Assembly: GCA_938034975.1 (NCBI GenBank)
Contig: CALHNI010000001.1
Coordinates: 17,641 to 81,640 of the forward strand
Length of the DNA stretch: 64,000 nucleotides
Reading direction: 5' to 3'
DNA from: Candidatus Goldiibacteriota bacterium
GTDB taxonomy: Bacteria; Oederibacteriota; PGYV01; DYJU01
The notes under the pieces: model-generated
Told to the model about the DNA's origin: nothing
Database searches by the model: none
The model's input: the letters and a program-made list of their open reading frames with translations, nothing else
In this document: in pieces, positions 49,726 to 59,000 of the stretch
Numbering within the stretch: position 1 is the first letter of the stretch
Layout of the letters: the number at the start of each line of letters is the position of its first letter
Translations under genes and position numbers: made by a program

Positions 49726-51951
49726 ATGCAATTATTTTTTATTTTACAGATTTTACATTTAACTTCTTTGTTTATTTATGTCCATTTAATTATTTTTTTA
49801 ATTTCAAATTATCCCATAGATAAAAAAATCAGATTAATAATTGTTTTATTATCATTATCTTCATTATGGTCTTTTTGTAAAATATTTCTTCATAATCCAG
49901 CAACTTCATTTGAAATTGCTATTTTTTTTGATAAATTAATGTCAATTTCCTGGATATTAATTCCTGCTGTTACTTTTTTATTTTCTTTAAGTTTAAATGA
50001 AAAAATTTTTCTACAAACTTTTACTAAAATAATTATTTTTATACCATGTATTATATTTTTAGCACTTAATTTTTCAGGTTTTTTATCTGAACCTGTTAAA
50101 AAGATTGATATCTTCTGGTTCAGTTATTTTAAAAAAAATATTTTTGCTTATTTATTTTATTTTTATTTTATCACATATACAATTGCCAGCATTCTTCATC
50201 TTTTTATCTTAAAAAACAAAACCATTATAAAAAATAAAAAAAAGCAATTTAATATTTTTATTTTTATGACTATTTTAATTTTGGTTATTGTTGTTTTTTT
50301 TGAATTAATACTACCGTTTTTTAATTTAAATATGCATCCTTTTTATGATATTACAAATGTTTATTTTCTTTTGTTTGCCTTAGGTATTTTTTATGCAACT
50401 TTTAAATATCAGTTTTTAGGCTTTTCGCCTATAGAAACATTTAACATTGTTCTTTCAAATTTATCTGAATTTCTTTTTATACTTGATGGTGAATTTAATT
50501 TTTCTTTTATAAATAAAACAGCATTATCTAATTTGCAATATAAAGAGAGTGAATTATTAAATAAGCCATTGGGAATAATAATATCTGACTCGGACAGATT
50601 TAATAAATTATTAAAAGATTTAATAATAAAAAAATCTATTTCTGGTTATGATTTAACTTTAAAAACACGACAAGGCGGAATAATTCCTGTTAGTTTTTCT
50701 GCAAAATTAATAGAAGAACATGGTGATATTTCAAGAATTATCTGCATAGCAATAGATATAACAGAAAGAATTAAATTAACTGAATATTTAAAAGAACAAC
50801 GTGAACTTGCTGAAAAATACTTAAATATTGCACCTGTCATATTTCTGATTCTTAATAAAGAAGGTAAAATTTTGTTTTTAAATGAGATGGGTATGAAACT
50901 TTTGGGGATTTATTCTGAAAGTGAATATTTAGGCAGAAACTGGTTTGAAAATTTTGTTCCGGAAGATGAGAAAGATGCTTTAAAAAGTTATTTTTTAAAA
51001 TTTACCAACGAAAAAACAGTTATAAAGAATTTTGAAAATTTCATTTTAACTAATACAGGTGAAAAAAAATTGATTCATTGGTCAAACACAATATTAAGAG
51101 ATAAAGAAAATAAAATCTATGCTGTTTTATCTGCTGGTATTGATATTACTGAAAAAAAACAGTCAGAAATTGCTTTAAGGGAAAGTTATGAAAAATTGAA
51201 GGAATTAAATAAATTAAAAGACAATTTTATTTCTATAATATCACATGAATTAAGAACACCTTTAACCGCAATAATGGGTTCTATTTCTTTAATACGCAGC
51301 GGCGCAATAGGAAAGTTAAATAAAGATCAGATTGAATTTCTTGATTTGATGAAAAACAACTCAGATAGACTGCTTTCTTTGATAAATGATTTGCTTGATG
51401 TTTCAAAAATAGAAAGTGGAAAATTAACAATTTCTTTGATACAAACCGATCTCGTTTTTTTAATCAAATCTTCTATAGTTAATCTAAAATCATTATTAAA
51501 TAAAAAACAAATTTCGTGCGATTTTAATTCTGAATTCAATGAATTATTGATAACTGTTGATACGAACCGTATTAATCAGGCAATCACCAATATATTAAAC
51601 AACGCAATAAAATTTTCTCCTCCAAATTCAAAAATATTTGTTGAACTGAAAAAAGTAAATAAAGATTTTCCAAAGATACCACCTGATATAAAAGAAAAAA
51701 TAGCCACCAATGAAGTTTATTTTGCCTTAATATCAATTGCAGACAATGGAATTGGAATGACAGAAAAACAAATCAAAAATTTATTCCAAAAATTCTATCA
51801 GGCAGAGGATGCAAATGTTAGGAAGACCCAGGGCACAGGACTTGGACTTTACATAACAAAACATTTAATTGAACTTCACAATGGTTTTATATGGGCTGAA
51901 TCAAAAGGTATAAATATGGGATCCTCTTTTAATATTTTATTACCTTTGTAA
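49726..51951 (+). CDS. 7TM (HisKA_7TM-like)-PAS-PAS histidine kinase; start moved to MQLFF
   Basis: Hydrophobic N-domain, two PAS, SHELRTPL, NAIKF, DNGIG, GTGLGL; GGAG RBS before 49726. Confidence 0.92.
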   Translation: MQLFFILQILHLTSLFIYVHLIIFLISNYPIDKKIRLIIVLLSLSSLWSFCKIFLHNPATSFEIAIFFDKLMSISWILIPAVTFLFSLSLNEKIFLQTFTKIIIFIPCIIFLALNFSGFLSEPVKKIDIFWFSYFKKNIFAYLFYFYFITYTIASILHLFILKNKTIIKNKKKQFNIFIFMTILILVIVVFFELILPFFNLNMHPFYDITNVYFLLFALGIFYATFKYQFLGFSPIETFNIVLSNLSEFLFILDGEFNFSFINKTALSNLQYKESELLNKPLGIIISDSDRFNKLLKDLIIKKSISGYDLTLKTRQGGIIPVSFSAKLIEEHGDISRIICIAIDITERIKLTEYLKEQRELAEKYLNIAPVIFLILNKEGKILFLNEMGMKLLGIYSESEYLGRNWFENFVPEDEKDALKSYFLKFTNEKTVIKNFENFILTNTGEKKLIHWSNTILRDKENKIYAVLSAGIDITEKKQSEIALRESYEKLKELNKLKDNFISIISHELRTPLTAIMGSISLIRSGAIGKLNKDQIEFLDLMKNNSDRLLSLINDLLDVSKIESGKLTISLIQTDLVFLIKSSIVNLKSLLNKKQISCDFNSEFNELLITVDTNRINQAITNILNNAIKFSPPNSKIFVELKKVNKDFPKIPPDIKEKIATNEVYFALISIADNGIGMTEKQIKNLFQKFYQAEDANVRKTQGTGLGLYITKHLIELHNGFIWAESKGINMGSSFNILLPL

Positions 51952-51966
51952 AAGGAGAACTTTAAA

Positions 51967-54900
51967 ATGAAAAAAATTCCTTTAATTTTTTATTTTTGTT
52001 TTTTTACATTTTTTTGCTTTAGCCAAAACCTGATTAAAAATGGTGATTTTGAACTTGATGAAAATAAGGATAATATTCCGGATAACTGGGTAATAGATGA
52101 TCCTAATAACATAAAACTTTTTACAGAAGACAATAATAAATTTATAAAAATTTCAAACAGTTCTCCAAAATATACAGGACTTTCCCAGTATATTCTCATA
52201 GAACCTAACAAATTAAAATCAATTCTTGTAAAAGCAAAAATCAAATTAAACAATGTAATCAAAGGAAGTGAAGATTGGGCTTATGCGCGTGTGCTTGTTC
52301 TTTTTTTTGATAAAAATGGTAATCAGGTTGGTGGCTGGCCTGAACTTGGAAGATGGTTAGGGACTTTTGACTGGTCAGAAAAAATAAATATATTAAATGT
52401 TCCGTCAGATGCAAGAACAATAAAAGTAGAAATTCAGCTATCAAATTGCACCGGCGATATGTCAATTGATGATTTATCCATAGAAAAAGGTATCTCTTTT
52501 AATATTCCTTCTGAACCGGAAAATCTTATCATAAATGGTGATATGGAATATGGCTCTAATTTGCCGCTATACTGGGGTGGTTGGATTTCAGGTAAAAGCA
52601 CTTTTATAAGTCCAGGATATAATTCCCCTTCTTCTTTTATGATAGAAAATGAAAATCCAGGATATTCAATGATAACTCAGAAAATTCCTGTTGATTCATC
52701 AATTATCAAGAGTATAAGAATTTCAGGATATTTAAAAACTGAAAATGTGGAACAAGGTTTAAATCCATGGGAAAAAGCAAGAATAGGTGTTGAATTCCAT
52801 GATGAAAAAGAAAGAATCGGAGACTGGCCGCCTGTTGTTGGTGAATTAACAGGGACTGAAAATAATTGGGTTGAATTTTCCCGCGAATATTCCCTGCCCA
52901 ATGGAACTAAATCAATAGTTATCAGTGCAGGCCTTTTAAATTGTAAAGGAAAAATTTTTATTGATAAAATAAAAGCCATGGGTTTTGACAAAAATGGAAA
53001 ATTGGTAAAATCCAATCTAATTAAAGAAGAAGATAAATCTAATTGGTTTGCATTTGAAAGTAAAAAAGATGATTTTTTAGATAATGCAATTATTGACTTT
53101 ACTAATGAACTTGATAAACCCGCAGGTAAACATGGATTTATAACCGTTAATAAAAAAGGCGAACTTGTATTTGAAGATGGTGAAAAAGCAAAATTTTTCG
53201 GCACTAATTTAGTTAATGGTGACATTTTCAGAAGTTATGAAGAGATTGATAAAATGGTAAAGCGCCTTGCCAAACTTGGAGTTAATATGATAAGGTTACA
53301 TCATATGGACGCATATTGGGGAGAACCAAACATCTTTGATAAAACAAAAGATAACACACGTAATTTTTCAGAAGATTCTTTAAATAAACTTGATTATCTT
53401 ATTTATAAATTAAAAGAAGCAGGTATTTATATTTTCCTTGATTTACTTGTTCATCGCAAATTAAAAAAAGATGACGGGGTTGATAATTTTGAAAAAATAC
53501 CAGCTGGTTTTAAAGAAGTAATTTTTATTGATGAAAATCTTCAAGGATTAACCAAAGAATATATAAAAAACCTTTTAGAACATGAAAACATATACACAAA
53601 AATCAAATACAAAGATGAACCGTCAATAATCTTTATGGAAATTATCAATGAAAGTTCATTATTTTACTGGGACAGGAATTCTGAAATTCCTTCTTTTTAT
53701 ACTGATAAATTGAATAAACTTTTCAATGAATATTTAAAAAACAAATATCAAACTATGGAAAATCTAAAAAGAGAATGGGATAAATTCGGTGATAATAATT
53801 TAAGTAAAGAAGAAGATTTTAATAAAAATACGGTTAAAAGGGAAATTTTTAAAATAAATTGGGAAAATCCAATGTATTTTGCAAAGGCAAATTCAACCGG
53901 AAGGGCTGCTGATACAAAATTATTTTATTTTGAATTAGAAAAAAAAATGTATGATGATTTTTATAATTTTATTAAATCAATTGGAGCAAAAGCACTTATA
54001 ACCGGCAGTAATCATTGGGAATTATGGGATGCGGATATTTTAGTAAATAGCAAATATGATTTTATTGACAGGCATTCATATTGGGACCATCCATCCGGTG
54101 GCTGGACACTTCAGGAAAATATTTCATTTTTAAATAAACCTTTTTTAAAATCAAAATACAATTGCATATCCGAACTGGCACATACAAGAGTTTTTGAAAA
54201 ACCATTTACTGTCAGCGAATGGAATTTTTTAATGCCCAATGAATTCAGAGCCGGCGCACCTGTTATAATGGCATCCTATGGTAAATTTCAGGGCTGGGAT
54301 GCACTTTTGCAGTTTAATTTTTCTCATTACGAATGGAAAGATAAGTTAACTGCTTTTTGCGATTTTTCATCTTCTCCTGATATGCTTTCTTTCTGGTTTC
54401 CTGCTATAATGATTTTCAGATACAATTATATAAAAGAAAGCAAAGAATATATTACTGAATATATATCAGAAGATGATATTTTTTATAATAAAGAAACTTC
54501 TTTTAAATTTATAAATAATGACATTGCCATTCCAAATTTAATAAAAATTGCAAAGGTGTTTGATAAGGATAAAGAAAACAAAAAATTTTTCCCTTCTTTA
54601 AAAAAAGATGCTGCGCTTTCTTTAAACGGAGAGTTGTATTTAAATTACAAAAAAGGTATTTTTCAGATAAACTCTGATAAAATCCAGGGTGCAATTGGTT
54701 TTTTAAAAAACAGTAATTTAAAATTTAAAAATTTTAAACTAACCTGTTCTAATAATTATGCCGCTATCATGTTAACTTCTCTTGATAAAACACCGATTTT
54801 AAAATCACAAAAAATCATTTTAACCACATCTGCCAGAGTTGAAAACTCGGATATGAAATTTAATCCTGCTCATACTTCTATAATTTATGGTGGTAATTCA

Positions 54901-55098
54901 CCTGTTATATTAGAACCTGTTGTCGCAACTTTGAGTTTAAATGTTTCTAAATTTAAAAATGTAAAAATTTTTATATTAGATGAAAATAATTATATCAAAG
55001 AAGAATACAAAAATTTTAAAATTGTTGAAAATACAATAAAAATTATTTTAGATGAAAAATCAAAAGCATTTAATTACTTTATAAATATTGAAAGATAA
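51967..55098 (+). CDS. Secreted clan GH-A (GH5-like) glycoside hydrolase with two N-terminal CBM4/9-like domains
   Basis: NLIKNGDFE and NLIINGDME domains; PAGKHGF, GVNMIRLHH, INE acid/base, VSEWN nucleophile. Confidence 0.8.
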   Translation: MKKIPLIFYFCFFTFFCFSQNLIKNGDFELDENKDNIPDNWVIDDPNNIKLFTEDNNKFIKISNSSPKYTGLSQYILIEPNKLKSILVKAKIKLNNVIKGSEDWAYARVLVLFFDKNGNQVGGWPELGRWLGTFDWSEKINILNVPSDARTIKVEIQLSNCTGDMSIDDLSIEKGISFNIPSEPENLIINGDMEYGSNLPLYWGGWISGKSTFISPGYNSPSSFMIENENPGYSMITQKIPVDSSIIKSIRISGYLKTENVEQGLNPWEKARIGVEFHDEKERIGDWPPVVGELTGTENNWVEFSREYSLPNGTKSIVISAGLLNCKGKIFIDKIKAMGFDKNGKLVKSNLIKEEDKSNWFAFESKKDDFLDNAIIDFTNELDKPAGKHGFITVNKKGELVFEDGEKAKFFGTNLVNGDIFRSYEEIDKMVKRLAKLGVNMIRLHHMDAYWGEPNIFDKTKDNTRNFSEDSLNKLDYLIYKLKEAGIYIFLDLLVHRKLKKDDGVDNFEKIPAGFKEVIFIDENLQGLTKEYIKNLLEHENIYTKIKYKDEPSIIFMEIINESSLFYWDRNSEIPSFYTDKLNKLFNEYLKNKYQTMENLKREWDKFGDNNLSKEEDFNKNTVKREIFKINWENPMYFAKANSTGRAADTKLFYFELEKKMYDDFYNFIKSIGAKALITGSNHWELWDADILVNSKYDFIDRHSYWDHPSGGWTLQENISFLNKPFLKSKYNCISELAHTRVFEKPFTVSEWNFLMPNEFRAGAPVIMASYGKFQGWDALLQFNFSHYEWKDKLTAFCDFSSSPDMLSFWFPAIMIFRYNYIKESKEYITEYISEDDIFYNKETSFKFINNDIAIPNLIKIAKVFDKDKENKKFFPSLKKDAALSLNGELYLNYKKGIFQINSDKIQGAIGFLKNSNLKFKNFKLTCSNNYAAIMLTSLDKTPILKSQKIILTTSARVENSDMKFNPAHTSIIYGGNSPVILEPVVATLSLNVSKFKNVKIFILDENNYIKEEYKNFKIVENTIKIILDEKSKAFNYFINIER

Positions 55099-55116
55099 AA
55101 TGTTTTTATTTATTAT

Positions 55117-56025
55117 TTAAAACTCAACCGTAACAGTAATTATATGGTCAGGATCAAATCCCCCATCCTGCCATATTTTGGATAAAAAGGCATAATCAAA
55201 CTTTATCACTGTATCATTTATAACTGATTTTACTCCGGCACCAGCAGTCAAGCCATTTAAACTTTTCTGCTCTATTGAATAACCTGCTCTTACAGAAAAC
55301 ATATTATCAAATAAATACTCAAGACCTATACCGGCATTTATTTCACTTTCTGTAAAATTATATTTAAAATCACTACTTATTGCTGCTATATGCTCTTTTA
55401 TTTTTAAAACTTCGTAATTAATACCAGCCCCTGCTTTTAAAGGTAAACTTATCTCTTCTGTATCATATTTTAACTTTGTGCCTATATTCTGACAAGTAAA
55501 ACCCAAACTTATACTTTTATTTAAATAATATAGTAATCCTATATCAAATCCAAATGCTGATGATGAATAATCCCCAATTTTACTATTTAAAAATTTTATT
55601 CCAATTCCTGCAAGCAATTCTTTTGTGAATGCATAACTATAACCTATTATACCTGCCAGATCATATATTTTTATTGCACTTTCTTCTATCGCATTATTTA
55701 TATCTCCTTCCAATGCACTATGTATAACACCAAGCCCTAATGAACCAACACCTTCTATTGGTGCTGCAAATGTGATCATAGCATTTCTTAAACCTGCAAC
55801 ATTTTTATCATATGTAAACCCAATTTCATAACTGCCTATATTTGCAAGTCCTGCTGGATTATAAAATATTGTATTTACATCATCTGCCTTTGCAATAAAA
55901 ACACCTGCCATAGATGCAGGTCTTGCTCCGGTTGCAATTTCAAATATTAAACCACCTGACTCCCCTGCTGCGTATAGATTAAAACAAATAATTATACCAA
56001 CTAAAAGTAAATATATCTGTCTCAT
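55117..56025 (-). CDS. PorV/PorQ-family outer-membrane beta-barrel
   Basis: GARPASMAGVFIAKADDVNTIFYNPAGLA; FDIG, QNIG, RAGY, GLTAGAG, DYAF; terminal F. Confidence 0.85.
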   Translation of the reverse strand: MRQIYLLLVGIIICFNLYAAGESGGLIFEIATGARPASMAGVFIAKADDVNTIFYNPAGLANIGSYEIGFTYDKNVAGLRNAMITFAAPIEGVGSLGLGVIHSALEGDINNAIEESAIKIYDLAGIIGYSYAFTKELLAGIGIKFLNSKIGDYSSSAFGFDIGLLYYLNKSISLGFTCQNIGTKLKYDTEEISLPLKAGAGINYEVLKIKEHIAAISSDFKYNFTESEINAGIGLEYLFDNMFSVRAGYSIEQKSLNGLTAGAGVKSVINDTVIKFDYAFLSKIWQDGGFDPDHIITVTVEF

Positions 56026-56049
56026 TATTTCTTCCTCCTTATATTAAAA

Positions 56050-59000
56050 TTATTTAATTATTGCTACTTTTAAAATTTCCATTGTGCTTTCAATTTTTAT
56101 TCTTATTATATAAACACCTGCTGCAACTTTTTTACCGGCATCATTTTTTCCATCCCATGCTATATCATCATCTATGGAAACCTTTTCTATCATTTTTACA
56201 AGTTTTCCGTTTCTGGTATAAATCATTATTTTCCCTTCTTTGCCTTTATATCTTTCAGGTATTCTGATTTTAACAATCTCATTTTTAGATATATTTATTA
56301 AATTTTTATTTAGCATTAATTTATCAACAGGCAATTGTGTAGGAGTAATTGTAGGTGTTTCTGTTATTGTTGGTGTATTACTTATTGTATGAGTATTTGT
56401 AACTGTATGTGTATGTGTAAAAGTAAATGTATTTGTAAATGTTGGCGTGTTACTCGGTGTTAATGTAATTGTATTTGTCGCAGTATCAGTATGTGTCCAT
56501 GTAGGTGGTTGAGAACCTGTCACTGTCTCTGTTGGGGTTGTTGTTGATGTATCAGTTGGCGTATTTGTTGCTGTATTTGTTACTGTGTGCGTTAATGTAT
56601 CAGTTTGGGTGTTTGTCGCTGTATCAGTTGGAGTATTTGTCGTTGTATCCGTTGGCGTAAATGTTTCAGTTGGCGTATTTGTTAATGTATCTGTTACTGT
56701 GTAAGTGTAAGTATAAGTCAATGTAAATGTTTTTGAAGGTGTAAAGGTATATGTATAAGTAAATGTCTTTGTTGGTGTGTCAGTAAAGGTATTAGTTATA
56801 GTATAAGTATTTGTTGGTGTATCTGTCCACCACGTGCCGGTTGGTGTTTCAGTAGGAGTGCCAGTTATAGTAGGTGTAGGTGTAATTGTAGAAGTTGCAA
56901 CATAAACTATCCATGAATATCCTGTGGAATACAAATTATTTTGATTATCCCTCACATCTATTGATATCTGAGCAACATTACCAGGAGTTCTTGCTGCCAT
57001 AGGTAATCTGAATTTATATCTTCTTTCATTTAGACCTGTATCAATATGATCAATGTCAACTGCTGCATTTCCACTAATAAAAATATCTGGTTCACCTTGT
57101 AACCCGGAACCTAAAATTTTATCTGATATTGTAAAATACAAATACTCATTGGCAGGATCAACAATTACTCCTTGATTTGCAGGATTTAAATATCCAACAT
57201 ATGGATTATATTTGTCTTTTGTCGGATTAATACTTAAATTTAAATCCTGATTTGTCCTGTTTCCACCATTTACTAAAACAGGCAATTCTGCTTCATTAAA
57301 GAAATAGCCGGATGACTTTACCAAGTAATTACCATTTTCTATAAAATTACCTGTTATATATGCTGTTTCACCGTTAGCAAAATCATAAAATTTTAATACT
57401 CCAGCACCAATATCTTTTAAAACCCATACATTCGCTCTTGTCATTATCTCATCTAAAGTTTTTCCTGCAAAATATTGATTCCCTGATATTGAATAACCTG
57501 AATTTATATTTATAACTGTTGATGCTGTTCCTGTTACAACATCATATGCTCTACCTAAAAATAATGGAGCTCCACCTTCCATTGTATTTCCATCAAGAGC
57601 AACAAGGTCATAATACATAAATTGCGAAGGGACACCTACAATAAAATTACCACTTGCTGAACTTTGACCCATATATAAATAAGCATTATCACTCTGAATA
57701 TTTGCAGTGCCTGAAACAACCGCAGCAATAATGACACCTGATAAATCCGGATACATACCGGTATTATCAATTATCTGCCCTGAAATTGTTGTATTAATGT
57801 TTGGTCCTGTAAAATTAACAACTTTATTTCCATTTACATTTACATTTCTTACTGGTTCCCAGTATGAAGGACCTGAACCAGCAAAAAAGTCAAAAATCCC
57901 GGTTGGAACATGTCTTATTTCATAATTGTTCCCCGAAGTATCTGTCCTATAATAGTTGCCCAAAGGACTATTTTCTCCAAATTTAGTTCCACCTGGCAAT
58001 TGTATTTTAACCTCAGAACTATAAAATGGTGCCGGATTTAGAGTACCATTTACAGTCCATCCAGATTCAATTGCGAAGTTAAGTTGGGTTGTAATTCCGT
58101 CTCTGACATTTATATTCTCTTTAAAAGCAATTGCATGATTTGCTTCTGTCCAGATATTTGTCCCTGTTTGTTTTGCATATACAAAATAATTACCTGGTTC
58201 TAAATTGTGTATTGCATAACTTGCATTTACATTATTACAATTTCCCGCCCAATCACCATCCACATATGGATCAATAACAATAACATCAACATTATTTAAT
58301 AATGCTCCTGTAATATTCCCTGAAATTATTCCTTCTTTATATACATCAAAATTATCTACTAATTTAACTTCACCGCCAAAAGAAATAATAATAGGTGTAT
58401 CAAATTTTTTTGTTGTTTTCCCATAAGCCCAGTCAGGTGCACAGGAAGGATACCACCATCTTACCGCACGCAAGGTTGTAATTGGCACATTTACAGGAAC
58501 TCTTACCTGATAACTACCCATACCATCTGTCAAAGCAGAATTTATAAAATTATTTTGATATGTCCTTGCCTCAATATTCACATTAGAAAGACCACTTGAA
58601 TTTACTCCTATCAGATTTATATTTCCTGATATTAAACCAGAATCAACTATCTCAATTGTAAGATAATAGGGTTTAGAAGAAGATGAATTGTTATAGCTTC
58701 TTACTCTTATCAAGTAATTCCAATCTTCTTCAGTATGCGATGACATATCAACATAAATAACCGCTGTTTTTCCACCATTAGCACCTTTTGAATTTTTAAA
58801 ATTCCATCCACCAAGCATACTTGCTTCATATACTTCCAAATTATAGTAAAATGAACCTTGTGGCACTTGTAAAGTTATTTTTAGCATATCATGATTTGGA
58901 TTATTATGCGCATTTAAAACAGTAAATTTATAGTAATCATTATCACTTTGATCTGCAATATATCCTATTCCTGTTTTATTTAAATAATTTGGTATTGTCG

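Noticed and set aside
52677-53225. 182-aa antisense ORF and the other short shadow ORFs in the track
   Set aside because: Antisense or out-of-frame to well-supported genes, with no motifs or RBS
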